Positions 12,560 to 26,689 of a stretch of 64,000 nucleotides of DNA are shown in pieces. The stretch is taken from the NCBI GenBank assembly GCA_951406725.2, contig OX597814.1, positions 72,106,001-72,170,000 of the forward strand, read 5' to 3'. The stretch's first letter is position 1, and every line of letters starts with the position of its first letter. This DNA is from Octopus vulgaris. Taxonomy: Eukaryota. Made by a program: the position numbers and the translations under genes. The notes under the pieces are model-generated. The model made no database searches, was not told the DNA's origin, and worked only from the letters and a program-made list of their open reading frames with translations.

Positions 12560-12900
12560 CCTTCACAAACCTCACACAGATTGTGAAGGCTAATTCAAAT
12601 GATAGACCTTACAATGTCTAATTAGCTTCCATGGTGACTACATATCTATAACATTGCCAAAACTGCATTCCAAATGCCAGGTCTTCTCTTTAACACCAAA
12701 AATTACTTCAGCTATAATGAGATACTGAACCTGTACAAAATACATGTTCTTTTGGGCCTCTCAGTTTGCAGGATTATGTACCACAGATTCACATGCCACT
12801 CCTCTTGCCGTTTGTGTCTCACTCTGAAAACACTGAATTATAAATGCGGAAACAAGTCTCTGGAATTCTTTCCTTCTTTCTGTATCAGCTGCATCGACCC
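12560..12900 (+). mobile_element. Decayed Jockey/CR1-like LINE 3' fragment
   Basis: W*LHIYNIAKTAFQMPGLLFNTKNYFSYNEILNLYKIHV resembles the same RT C-terminal region as 2640-3060. Confidence 0.5.
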
Positions 12901-15839
12901 CGCAGGGCACTGTCCTTCTTCTCAAAACCAAAAACTCTGTTTCAGGAATTTAGAAAGTTATGATATTTTCATGTTATATTTTGAAGATTTCTCCAGACTA
13001 TTGGAAGACAAGGACCACTCAGTTACATTGAGGGATACTTAATTTGAAATTGAGGACCTACCAAAGTTAATGGGAAATAAAAATTCTTAGTCTCACATGA
13101 GGAAAACATGTCTCGGTTGCAACTGCTTATGGCAAAAACCTTCTAATTTTGTCCACTTTGTCATTTCTCTTTTGTTTGTTTCTCATAGCGATTAGTCACT
13201 TAATATAAACAAGAGTAAATAGTCAGTGAATTTTGAGCCATTATGATAACTGATAAGGTTCAGTTTATTTTTAAAATGTTCACTCCATAAACTTTCTGAA
13301 ATCATTTCAACATTGCATTTGCTACTGCATTTGAGTAAATCTGAGCAGTTTTGGGTGTTGTGGTAACATATAACTGCCACTAGTTTTTTAAAGTACAGAT
13401 CAAAAGACTAAGCTTATTCAAACACTGGAAGTTTGCATATCCCAAATTCCACCTAACTCTCTCATTTATTTCCCTTAGAATCAACTTAAGAACTTTTACA
13501 TGGTCACTTAACCTGCTAGAAGTAACAGCCAAATCTTTTTCAGATTACATCCTACCATCTTCAGTAAGGGCACATGTAGTATTTTCATTTTAATACACAG
13601 ATCTGCTTCTTATAATTCATTTAATAAATAAATTTTATAGTATTGTATGTATTTCTTATAATCATTTTGTGTGTCACTTTTTCTGTTTTTATATGTATAT
13701 GCCAGGTCATTTGAATGAATGTTAACTTAGCCAACCTGGGTGTTGTATACAGTCAACTGTGGGAGGGTGCAATAGAAGCTGATGGAAGCAGACAACTATA
13801 CAAACCAATTCATTCTCTGCCCAATGTAGAAAAATTAATGATTCTTGTAAATGAATTGCATAATTTCAAATCAAAGAGATTCAACTAGTTTGAATCAAAG
13901 TTCAGCACAGAAGTTGTTTATTTAATGATCAGTAAATTCCTCTCCAATAACTGCAACTGGTAATACCTCTACTTTCTAAGTCCATTAATATTGACACTAA
14001 TGCCATTAACACAGGGTAATATTTCCTCCACCTCATCTCTTTCTCTTTTACTGCAATAGTCAATATAATACTGGTTCTCATTTTAACAGTTTAAAATGAA
14101 ATTGCAGCAACCCATACACTATATGTTCTTACATTAAGACCTGCCCTCTTAACTCTACATTGCTAAGTGGTGCAGTTGGTTTGAAAAAAGGTGTGACATT
14201 GAAGTTAGCTATATTTCAATATTTCTTCAACTTTGATATAATAGTGAAAACTGTTCTCTTAGCTATCGATGCCAAGTATTTCTCACTTACATATATTCCT
14301 ACTTTCATGTTCTAGGAGCTATAATCTGAATTATGATGTCTTTAAAATTCACTCTTTCTGATTGACTTTTGACATTTTCAATCTATACATTTGGTGCCAA
14401 AGTGTGTTTAGAGTTTGTAGGCAGCTTTTGCTTTCATTATTGTAGATTTATTAAAATGGTGTTGGTTATTTGATAGTGCTCCCGAAAAGTAAGAGTAATA
14501 GAGGAATACTAAATGACATTATATATTGGTGTATTGAATCAATATTAGAAAATGTGTGAAAACATTTTAAAAAATGTATATGGTTGTGTGACTTGTAGTA
14601 AGCTTACCAACTTCATATTTAAATTCAGTTTACCTACAGGTGTTTCACTGTGTTTTTACACAGTAAACTGATTTCCACTGCTGTCTATGGGGAAGAGATA
14701 CCATGCTTTTGGTTAAATATTATAAATTGGCATCCTATTTAAGGACAGATTCCTCTTTCTTCTGTGCTTAATACTTTCAAAATTTTCTTAAGATTCATGC
14801 AAACATTAATTCCTCTTTATACATGAAGTAGCAGTGAGTTTAAATTTTTAGCAAATCTCAAGAAATATGACTTTCTGAGATGAAAATTCACCAATGTTTG
14901 CTCAGGATTTATTGTTGCCCTCTTGTATATTGAACACTAAAGAAAAACTGAGCATAAAAAGAAAAGGAAAACAATGTTGAACAATAAATGGTTTCCATTT
15001 CATGCCATGATCTTGGGATGAATGACTATATACATTGAAGTAGAAGGAAAAGAAATAATAAAATGCAATGAATTGTAGATTAAAGTGCTAAATTTTTTAT
15101 TTACAGTGTCATTGGTTGCTTGTCGCTTGAGTTGAGCTAACCAATGAAGATATATTTCATTGGCTGCATGAATAATAACTGAAGCACACTAGCAAACATT
15201 TAACTGAATATTTATTGCTGGTCATAAAGATAATGATATTGGCTGTTTACAATGAACAACATAAATGTTGGCTGATTGGGAGAGACACAGACAGCTCTGA
15301 AATTGTAAAAAGCTGTCTGTATGACAACATGCGGTCGGCCCAAAAATATACAAGGTCAACTGTGCAACTATTTGTGGTGACGGAGGTCTTTGGCTGTTTG
15401 TCCTTGACCGATTTTGTAAATGTGACGACATGCGGTCAGTCCCAAAATATACAAAGTCAACTCTGCAAACCTTAGTGGTAATGGAGGTCTTTGGCTGTTC
15501 TAGAACATTCAACTAAATTATGTCACACCACAGCTTCATGCTGATTGGTCAGTTAACAGACCAATCATGTGAAATTTTGGTGGTTTGCTTGTTGTGTCTG
15601 ACCAATTATCTTATGGTAGCAATGTCACTTAATAGCTGTTGCCATGTTACCAAGATGGAAAATAGGTATCATTATCATAATTTTATAATTGTGTTGCTGT
15701 TTAGAACTGACATCTAAGAATATCTGTTTTAATTGCCAACCATTCTATCACAGAGTATATAATTGAATCACTTAGAGATTAGTCAAACAAAATTTTTTTT
15801 TCAAAAATTGGTAATCATAAAAATAGAAACCCTTTTTAT

Positions 15840-16015
15840 GTCATCATCAACATCATTGTTTTAACATCCACTTTTCCATGTTTGCATGAGTCTGGCAAAA
15901 CTTGTATGAGGCAGATTTTCTATAACTGAATATTTTTCTACCTTATTTGGAAATGCTCCCCTGTTTCTATGTAAGATAATATTTTCTCTTAATCCTTTTC
16001 AGACATGTCTTTACA
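15840..16015 (-). mobile_element. Short retroposed element ending in an RTE-like tail
   Basis: (CAT)n-TTTAACATCCACTTTTCCATG end; similar copies at 21710-21890, 37277-37510, 45985-46170 (-) and 47880-48125 (+). Confidence 0.55.
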
Positions 16016-16939
16016 GAAGATGATAAGCTAATAGCATGCACACACATGTACACACATACACACACACACACGCTCTCTCTCTCTCTCTCTTTCACATACA
16101 CACACACACAATATTTCTGTCTACCACTTTCACTCATTATGCTTCATTCAACCTAAACCTATCGCAGAAAACACCAGTTGACAGTGCCCATGCAGTGAGA
16201 ATGAACCATAAACCATATTGTCCCAACATTAACTTCTTAACTTCATGCTAGCATCAAAATAAGTTATCATTTATGTACTTAGTAAATCATATGTTATGTG
16301 TTTCTTTTTTGTGATAGATTAAATTAAGTAAGAAATATAAATAAAATTTTATATGAACATTGAAGTTTAGGTTCTTGTCATTATTGTTATCTTTAGCAGC
16401 ACTGTTATTGTTATCGTTATACCTATTGAAATACATCATGTTCATAATGACTTGGTCTTGGAATAATAATAATGCATAAATTAAATTTAAAAAGTTCTTA
16501 ACTGTAGACAAAGTTTTACAGTGACAAACATTTGCTCGTCCCTAGAATAGTTTTCTGCCAATTATGACAATGGTACTTATATAACCACAACACATACACC
16601 CTTCTGTCATCAGATGATTTGTGTGTTAAATATCTATATTCAAAAGCATATTTTACCTAAACTGTGATATAGTATATTAAATTTTGTGCGTGTGTGTGTG
16701 CAAATGAGTTGTCAAAATCCCTTATGGTATTTATTCCAGCCCCCTCCATGAAGGTCAACTTTGTCTTTCATCCCTTCAATGTTGATAAATGCACTTTTGT
16801 ACTGGTGTCAATTCTTCTCTCCCTCCCTCTTTCTAAACTATGTTACTGTCATTTGAAATTATGCCAAAATATCATCTATGTTATTGATAATTGTTGGCTT
16901 AAATCTTCTGTCTACCTATCTATTTATAAACTAAAAAAA

Positions 16940-17100
16940 ATGGGCTGGCCCTTTGAAATACAGGTACCACTCATTTTTTCCAGCTGAGTGAACTGGAGTA
17001 CCTTGAAATAAAATGTCTTGCTCAAGGACACAATGCACCATTGGGTATTGAAATTATGTTACAATTATGAGCCAAATACCCTAACCACTAAGCCACATGC
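16940..17100 (-). mobile_element. tRNA-derived SINE
   Basis: Minus strand reads A-box TGGCTTAGTGG, then a degenerate B-box, then TGTGTCCTTGAGCAAGACA core. Confidence 0.6.
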
Positions 17101-17181
17101 TTTCACTGTCTATCTATCTATACATACTACACTTTAAAAGGTGCACCAGATATGTGTGACATATTACCAAAAGGTTTGGGT

Positions 17182-17509
17182 TTACTCTTTTATTTGTTTC
17201 AATCATTTGACTGTGGCCATGCTGGAGCACTGCATTTATTTGAACAAATTGGCCCCCAGGACTTATTCTTTGTAAGCCTAGTACTTATTCTATTGGTCTC
17301 TATTGCCGAACCGCTAAGTTACGGGGACAAACACATATATATATACGACTGGCTTCTTTCAGTTTCCATCTACCAAATCCATTCAGAAGGCTTTGGTCGG
17401 CCCAAGGCTATAGTAGAAGACACTTGCCCAAAGTGTCATGCAGTGGGACTGAACCCGGAACCATGTGGTTGGTAAGCAAGCTACTTACCACACAGCCACT
17501 CCTGCGCCT
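17182..17509 (-). mobile_element. tRNA-derived SINE with CORE-like segment
   Basis: A-box TGGCTGTGTGG, B-box GGTTCAGTCCC, then TTGGGCAAGTGTCTT; decayed copies at 21895-21960, 34435-34520, 45818-45975, 47620-47780. Confidence 0.75.
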
Positions 17510-17979
17510 GTGATAAAAATGATAAAATTGATAAAAATGTTCCATATTCTATGCCCATGTTGAACATGGTTTGACAATAATCATCTTAGCTTCAGATAGG
17601 CTAGTGTTTACAATCCATGCCATCTTATAGAAAAAGGAACACAGAAAATGTAATTGATATTTGGTGCTTAATATTAAGTGTACATGTTTCTGTAAGTTGA
17701 CTGCCAAGAAAATCTCAGATGATGCCATATCTTGTTGTAGAGCCCTGATCTGTGGGACCATTAAGGTTTTCCGTCTCTTTTTATGTGTGTGTGTGTGCAT
17801 GCTTGTGTAGTATTTCGTATTATTAGTGAATTTATAGCAAACAATAAAGCATTTACTGATGATGGGAATCTATACATCTGTAAAGTTTAACAATCATTTT
17901 GAGTTGATTGGAACTTGAACACCTACCTTATCAGCTTGTTTAAAGCCGACCAAAGTCTCAGTCAAGACCAAATGATTAA

Positions 17980-17989
<10 letters not shown>

Positions 17990-18060
<71 letters not shown>
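17990..18060. repeat. (TA)n microsatellite
   Basis: Direct observation; abuts the mariner TIR. Confidence 0.95.
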
Positions 18061-18063
<3 letters not shown>

Positions 18064-18830
18064 GTTGACCAAAATGTCTTGTTTTGATTGACACTAAACT
18101 CTTCAAGTACTCTAATAAGTAGTCTGTCTCTTGCACATGCACACATGTTAGATACTTGGCAGTTCAATGTAGTTCAACTCGAATGTGCATTGAGACAGGT
18201 TGAATTGTGCATGGGACACCTCCTGAAAATGGATAACCAAAACGAACATTATGAACACTTCCTATTTTTTTTATTTTAAAAAGCAAGCAAACAGCAGAAA
18301 CCTACAAGAAGATAGGCACTAAGTAGGATGTTGTTATAGAACAAATGTACCAAATCAAGATTTGGATCAGGAAATTTTTCAGTTCAAAATGTACCTTGCT
18401 CTGGCCAGCTAACTGAGATTAACAGCAGTTCCATTGATAATCAACCAGAATGCTCACAGATATTCTCCAAATATCCAAACTGAGTGTTGGAAACCATCTG
18501 CTTCAACTTGGCTGTGTCAGTAGGTTTGATTTTGGGGCCCCACATCAGTTGAATGAGGCTAACCTCACCCAACAGATTTCTCTGTGATTCATTGCAAAAA
18601 ACATGAAGATAATTATCCTTTTTTAAAGAGAATGGTGACATGTGATAAAAAATGAATTGTCTATAACAGTGTGAAGTTAGTGGGGAAGTGCAGTGAACCA
18701 TGACAAACAGACTCCAAAGTAGAACATACTTTTAATTTTGTGAAATTGGAAGGGAATTCTCTTTCACAAACTTCTTCCCATAGGTAGGACCATCAATTCA
18801 AGCATGTATGTGACCAGCTGGTCAAATTAT
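18060..18830 (+). mobile_element. Decayed mariner transposon, 5' half
   Basis: TIR-like TTGGGTTGACCAAAATGT after TA; broken ORF from 18229: MDNQNEHY..., LGCVSRFD.W.PHQL (WVPHEL motif), FLKRMVTCDKK*I (VTGDEKW motif), WKGIL..LLP.GRTINS. Confidence 0.8.
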
Positions 18831-21800
18831 ATATATATTTTTACTGAAAGCTCTTATATGTAGCTGGCCTGCATTGTACTTGAGTTTTAAATATTGTAGG
18901 TTTTTTTTTTCCTTGTTCTTAACAGTTATAATATACAGATTTCAGATTCTGAAAAAAGAAATTAAAGAAAACTGATCCTTTTTTATGTTTAGACGTACAT
19001 TTATATGTGTTTGGCCCTTAACTTCTTGTACTTCTCATCACCTAGCTGTTAGAACTAAGTAACAAATATAAGAATTATACTGTAACCAACTAGTTCTTAT
19101 AATCACTAGACTCTATTCACATCTAACCTATTTACATTTAGATTCTATTTACATTGTAATGTTGACATTCTTTAGATTCATACTGTTGCTTGAAGTAGTT
19201 GTAGAATTAAACTTTATTTTGTTGTTACTAAAATATTTAATTTCAAAAACCGAATAAGTACATCTAAAACTTTAGTGTGAATTCACTTTAAATTTCAGTG
19301 GTATATATAAAAAAATATTATTTAAATGGTGTCAGATATGTATTAAATTATTTGTGCATTTGTTTCTTCTACTACACATTAGTGAAATTTCAGTAATTTT
19401 TTACAAATGTTCAGTGTGTTCACATATGAAGTGTTTGGTAGTATTATTGCTAAGATATTTTTCCTATTTCTCATTTTACTTGATTGTTTCTATTTAACTC
19501 TAGAGTAGGTAATGTAGGATATAATTCACTGCCATAAGCAAGGGCAACATTGATTGATTGACTTACAATACTGAGTTTAATTTTTCCATTGGGAAAAGCC
19601 ATTGTGCACAAATAAAATGTTATTATTTAGAAGAAAGAGGAATAGCGTAACTCATGACTTTTTAGGATAATGTGGTTGTTGTTCATTGTACATGGGCTAG
19701 TCATTGTTGTGTGTTGGTGAATGAATCTCTACAAGCCAACCAGATAAACTTTAAGAATTTGTGTACTCTAGAATGTTTGTATATTTAACAGCAGTTCCAT
19801 TCCAGATATCTAAGTAGCACTTGAGATTGTTTCAAGGCAGCAGCTGATCAAGGTAGCCATCTACTGAACTTCGTTAAAGATGTATTTATAACTTATAACA
19901 AGAGGATAAAAATATTGTCATCCAATGAAACCAACTTTAAGTGAGCCACAGAGGTCCACACCAAGCTATTAAAACAGCCAGTATCAGGAAAGAAATTCTC
20001 ACTAACAAGAGAGTCAGCATAAAGATACTAGAAAGAGAAATGTTATATGATTTAACCTACCGTATTAATGATAGAAAAGACTCATGCACCATGATAGCTT
20101 ACCTTGACCATTCTTCTGCAACCTCTGCCTCGATCAGAGATTTCAGTCTTATAGGGCCAGGCTGAATTACAATTTAATTCTAACGTCCACTCCACACAAG
20201 TAAAACACTGTACATCAGAATTTACAACAGGATTCCTAAGCAAACAGAAGTTTGGAATGTCTGGGGTGGCCACCACACCTTTTATAGGTTACCTCCAGAG
20301 CATCTGAATTTCTCACTATCAGCATTACATGCATACATCATATCCGGTTGAGTGTTCATCAGTTTGGTCACTCTCCAGATTAAACTGGAGAGTTATGATG
20401 GTTATGAATGACTTTTAGGAAAACTTTGGTCGAGTTAGTAAAAGTTTAGTTTGCTTAACAAAAAGGATTTGAATATTAAATAAAGAAGAAAAGAAAATCA
20501 CAAACTAAAAAATTAATTTCCTATAATATTTTAATTCCTTTAATTCAATTCCTATAATTGAAAAATTACAGGAAGTAAGATAGAATTACAGAATCTGAGT
20601 TTGTGTTACATTTAACCTTTATTCATTTTTATTGAATTAACATTTTCTTGTACACATATTCCCCAAAGCTTTACAAAAGCCTTATAACTTTCTTAGACAT
20701 ATCATTTTTCAAGTCATGATATATTTAATGTATGAATGCCACATAACAGCACATTTAATGTCAAACAGCATAACAGGATGTTCAAAAAGTCTCTGCACTG
20801 TGGAGGGACCTTTTGAACACCTTGTACATTAAAGACATAAAATAACAGTCAAATATAAAGACAACCAACTGATACAAAAATATGTTCCCATAAATGAGGT
20901 TTATTAAAATTCAAATGCTGTCACTTGTGGAAAAATATGGTTTTCAATATATGAAAGATGCAACCATTCCAGTGAAAAAGTAGAAGTTCATGTTCCATTT
21001 CTTTCAGATCATTGCTTCAGCAAAATATAAAAGTACATTTATAAAATTTGAAATCATTCCAGTACTAATTAATATTACTGATGAACTGTTCTGAAAATGA
21101 TATGCTCATTATTTGTATAACTATAGACAGTAATTCAGGATATTGAAAAATAAATAGATTAAGTTAAATTACTTCACTTTTCTATATAAATCATTAAACT
21201 AAGGAACTCAATCTGTGAACTTGTAGTAAATTTCTAATGTAAACATTAAAGTATTATTGATATATTAATACATAAGAAAATGTTTTGTTGGTATCTGGCT
21301 ACCGATTTTTAATCAAGCTTCTAGGATTTTAATGTAATATTTTAATTTGAAGCTTCAATGACTTGAAAAAGATATAAGTCCTTGTCTAATATAGTTATAT
21401 CAACAATATAGATGAGGGAAAATAACTTGTGGTCTCCTGTAACTGCTGATTCTGATAATTAAAGTATTGAAATCTCTCAGAAGAAGAAGAAATACATTTT
21501 AGTATTTTAGGCTAATGTCACAATAATTTCCCACTGTTTTACTGCCAGAGGGATAGAAAGTGCTACAGTATATTTTTTTGCCACTGAAGCATTAATGCTT
21601 TCAATCATTATCTTTTATGTTTCATGTGAGTCGTTGTTGAACAACTTTACTAAAATATATCTTAAGAAGTATATAAACCATTGATATTCCTCTGAAAAAG
21701 TATAGCCTTCATCATCATCATTGTTTTAATATTCTTGCATGGATCAGATGTAATTTGTTGCATTAGATTTTCTACAGCTAGGTACCCTTCCTTGTTTCCA

Positions 21801-23569
21801 AGCAAGATATTATTTCTACAAGGCTTCACACTTCACAAGAATATTGGAAATGAATGACACCACTTCTATGATGGTGGCACTCATTTTCTGTAGGCTCCTT
21901 TCTGTTTCCATCTATCAAATCCACTCACAAGTCTTTTGCCAACCCAAGACTCCTTAGTAAAGGGGGTAATATCCTTATCCATTGAGTAGTTGATGAGGTT
22001 AATGTGATTGCTGCTTAATTTGAACTGATGTTGATCAATGTCTATAAAAAAAGAATTAAAACAAATAAGTAAATGATATTAGCAGGCACTGCATTTCAGG
22101 ATTGATATTGTCTTGGATATTGAGTTGTCAAATGTCTACAGCATTGAGCAAAAATGGTTTGCACTAATGAATCGGTTTATATAGATGAAACAAGTCACTG
22201 AAAAACTACACTCCATTGTGTCTGTTTTACTACAAGATTTTGTTTGAGAAAAAGAAGATAATGTACAACACACATAACACTAGATCTGCTTAAAAGTAAT
22301 ATCCCACTTTGCAGATTTGTACAAAGTTAAACTCACTCATTTGTGAGTGCAATATAAAAACTGCATCTATAAATCCCACACATCTGTAGAAATAATTTTA
22401 AGGAGAATTTGATTGCCCCCAAAGATCAGAAAGGAGAAATACCTATGTCTGGAATGGCATAGCATTGAAGAACATAAACTACTACAGAGTGGAATTTCTC
22501 TAATTGATAAATAAAACCAAAGTGGAGAAACCAAAAAGGCTCTGTATAATAATGCTTGCTGATAAAATCACTTGTCAGCTCAATATAATGACATTATTAG
22601 AAAATAAATCTATGTAACCTAAAATTGCAATGATAATTGTACATACACTAGTGGCTCAGTGGTAATGATATTACTTCCTTTACTTGAAAAATAAATCTCT
22701 TCAATCAGCCTGTAGTGTCATCTGCCTAGTATCTGTGACCAAGGAGGAGATAACTAATCCGAAATGCTAACATCTTACAGTCTAGGTAGGTGGCACTGCA
22801 AGCTGATCTAGCTGTATACACACCATTTGTCAACGAAGGGAGATATATTCTCCACCACAAAATGCCATGAGTAGCTTGTTCCCCAGTTCAAACATGCATC
22901 AAACATATTCAGACTGATAATAACATTACAATTTTACTTATCATTGCTTACCGCTCCCTCTCCGTAACATTCTCCATGTAGGGGTGTGTGCTGTCTGAAA
23001 TAACAGTAAAATGGTCATTTATATGCCAAAGGTAGAGTACCAAACCCTGAGTCACACTAGATTTTGTAAACTGTGAATGATAATTCAACCCTAAGTCACA
23101 GTAAAATTGATAGGGAATCAGTGGCAAGCCAACAACTTAGCTAGAGAGTTTTTGTACAAGACATAATTCAAGGCTTTGCTGTTCAAAGTAGCAATAATAT
23201 TGCTTTTGCTTAAATGTATCAATGACAACTGAGAAGTTATAAACATAAGAAGTGATTGTTACAATACTGCTGGAAATAAAAGCTGAAGTTTACTCACTTA
23301 ATGAATGTGTATATTTGGTGGTAGATAAGTACTTCAACAGGGATTTGTCTTATGTGTGCTATGTTGTAAGTAAAACAAATTAGAATATTGTTTTAACTTT
23401 CCTAACAAGTGCATTTAGATAGTTGCACTCTCTTTATGATCATAACATTGACTTCAAGAAATTGTTCTCATTACTCACATATCTTTAAATGTACTTTTCC
23501 TATTGTGTCTAAAGGCAAATACAAATTCTTTCCAAATTAATTGAAGTTCTTCATATTGTAATATCTTTG

Positions 23570-24644
23570 AAATAGGACTACAGAAATATCTACTTCAGAA
23601 GCAAGGAAAACTAATACAAATAGCCACAATACACAAACAAAACAAAAATATGTTTTCTATTTTTAAGGAAGCTGACAAATACAAAAAAGAAGTCCTAGTA
23701 CCTATCAACTATGAAGAAAAAGACGAAACAATAAAAGCTGTAAAACAACTGAAATCCAAACTAAAACTGGAACAACATATCATGATAAAACAATGGCAAG
23801 AAAAGCCCCTAGATGGTAAATATTGTGTTAAGCTAAATAGAAAAGAAATAGACAAAGCAAAATCCCAACAATGGCTGAGCAGCTCAGAACTCAAAGCAGA
23901 GACTGAAGGATTTTTAATTGCAGCTCAAGATCAAAGCCTTCCCACCAGAGGTCACTGAAAACATGTAATGAAAAGAAATACAAGTAACTTCAGAATATTT
24001 GGTGATGGAGAAGAAACAAAAAATCATATTGTCTCTGGCTGCCAAGTCCTAGCTAAGAAGGAATATATTCACAGGCATGACAGAGTTGCGACCTACATAC
24101 ACTGGAAGCTATGCCAACACTATGGAATAACAACAGAAGAAAGATGGTATAGGCACACCCCAGAAAAGGTCACAGAAAATGAGAAAGCAACCATACTTTG
24201 GGATATGGCAATATGCACAGAGAAATTAAGGTCAAAAGGTTGGATATAGTTGTCATAGATCACCAAGAAAGAAAAATGCTTTCTAATCAATGTATCAATA
24301 TCAAAAGATGACAATGTTTCTCTGAAAGAAACAGAGAAACTTTCAAAGTACAAAGATCTAGAAATAGAGGTAACTTGAATGTGGAGCCTAAAAACAGAAA
24401 CAATTCCTATTATAGTAGGTGCATTAGGTATGATAAAAAAGACATTCAGACAAATACATAATACCAGGACTTATAAGTATATATAACATACAGAAAATAG
24501 CACTACTGGGCACTGCACACATCCCATGTAAAACACTTTCAATACAATGAAAATAGATCACTGCAACAAACCACAGCACTTACCCAAGATGCACAGAGCT
24601 GCACTTGGTAGTGCAGTGAAGGCACATAATAAAAAATCAGACTA

Positions 24645-24675
<31 letters not shown>
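23570..24675 (+). mobile_element. Dong/R4-like non-LTR retrotransposon 3' fragment (restriction-like endonuclease)
   Basis: LKAETEGFLIAAQDQSLPTR, degenerate CCHC knuckle (..ETKNHIVSGC), RHD, ILWD, DIVV, KYKDL, PIIVGALG; (AAT)n tail at 24649-24675. Confidence 0.85.
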
Positions 24676-25208
24676 TGCCCCAATGCAGTACCAGGCAGTG
24701 GCTCTCATGGCTTATCTTAACTGGTTGGAAGTGTTATGTACATGTTTTGTCTTAGTATAAAAGATGGGCTACAACAAATATTCTGCTCAATACCACAAAT
24801 TTGCTTGTCATTTGAGCATGTCCCTTAGTGGCTGATGATACGTGCATCTCTGATCACGAGCAGAGGTAAATGGGGTGGGGTGGGGGGGGGCATCATAACC
24901 ATGTGTTGAGAGGAATTCTTTGGGATTTGAATAATTCACCTCTGGAAACATGGGTTTTTTCATCATCCTTAAACAAACCTTATTCAGGGACCTTTTGAGT
25001 GGGATGAGCTATTCAACCTGAAGAAAATTCTAACTGAGCCCCACCTGCAAGTTCGTGCACTGTTTATCTTGATATAAAATCACCATGTTCTGCACATATG
25101 GTTGCCTGGTGTACCCTTATCAGACAGGTAGTCATGATAGGTATATTGGGCTCCATATATTTATACTTCAATGTCACTTAGATAGCATGTGCTGCTCTCT
25201 CACTCAAT
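24676..25208. repeat. Probable interspersed repeat of unknown class adjoining the (AAT)n tract
   Basis: Abrupt shift to more GC-balanced sequence directly after (AAT)n; single copy in the window, class not determinable. Confidence 0.3.
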
Positions 25209-25539
25209 GGTGAGAATAATAGTGGAACATTTCCAGATTTGAATTATGATTATTTTTTGATGTAGTCTCCCAAATTAAAGACTAGTAATTTAAGTGTCTT
25301 GAATAAATACCACTAGAATTTAGTTGTATGCAGTTTCCTTCGTTTATATACCTATTATCTCAAGGAAATATGTTTTTACTTTTCTGTGTTCAACTACCTT
25401 CTTGTTGACAAATTCTTGAGGTATTTTCTTTATAAGGAAATCTTTTGCAAACTGGTTTCTGACTTATTTTCTGTGTATTTGATATTTACTATAAAATTGT
25501 ATGCAAAGGTCATCAGTTCATTTTTAATTCAGTTTGAAT

Positions 25540-26165
25540 GTTTCAACATTTTGTCTGATTGCTTTCATATTTTTTTTTATCCCTTTTTTATGTCTTAGAC
25601 TCAAATCTAAGCACCTAAATAATGCTTTAGTAGTGTGTATATACAATAAGTGCTTGTGTTGATGTTGTAATCTCAATTCTCCCATACCACTACAGAATCT
25701 CACATTTTTATCAATGACTGCTAACATTATGTAGAGTTATCCTGATAAAATGACACTACTTTTCTCAGAATACATAAATCAATATTCTACCTATTTTAAT
25801 ATAAATTTGTTTTGTTACATATTCTTTTTACCAAAATAGTATTTCTTTGAAAATATATAAACCCTATGTCTCTGTTTTGTATGAAATTCCTGACAAAAAA
25901 TTGATCTTTTGTTTTTATGTTGCTTAAGTCTGAGGAGGAAAGCTTGAGTCTATGATCGTCTACATGGCCTCCAAGACTAATGGGAGAAGGTAGTTTTCAG
26001 GCCAGTAATCTGGCTAAAAGGCTTAAATCAACAAAGAATTAAGTCTGTCACTAAAAATAGGGTGTAGACTTTTTTTTTCTTTTTGTAGATATTTTACTCA
26101 AGTGCTTAGATTTGAATCTAGGCCATAAAAAAATGAAGCAGTCAGGTAAGATGTCCATTGAACTT
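25540..26165. mobile_element. Degenerate MITE-like element with imperfect terminal inverted repeats
   Basis: TAGACTCAAATCTAAGCAC (25596) is inverted relative to GTGCTTAGATTTGAATCTA (26102), with similarity extending outward on both sides. Confidence 0.45.
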
Positions 26166-26689
26166 CCACACAGCTGCTCTCTACCAAATTTATCATATTT
26201 TTCATTTTATGGATACCCTTCTTAATGCCAGCTGAGTGTAGTGGGTGCTTTTTTTGTGACATTGGCTCAGTTAAAAATTGTCAAGTAACTTGCAAGACAA
26301 CAAAGAAGAAGCTTCCTAAGGGGAAGTGGTTTTATGTCAGGGGTTGAGACTAAAATATGATAAAGGAACAGACACAAGAGTCTTGCTATTGAAAAAGTAT
26401 ATGGCTACATCACATTATATAAGACTAGGTGGAAGTAGCTGGAAAGGAGATAGAGATTTTTGTAACAAGGTATTAGAGCATACTTTTAATGTGGGTAAAA
26501 GAGAGCATATGAACTGAAGATAGGGAGTTGTAGGTGGCTAAGTTCATAAGAGTGTGAGAGGAGAATGACAGGTGCTTATGGAAGTGTGTATATGTTGCTC
26601 AATAGCTCTTTCCATTTACAATTGCCATTATCTCTATATATCCTTTTATGTTCACTTTTACTGTCATCAGATTTGCACTTTGTCATATG

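Noticed and set aside
17430-17509. Possible tRNA gene (also at 29716)
   Set aside because: A and B boxes are present but there is no full cloverleaf; followed by SINE body and present in multiple decayed copies
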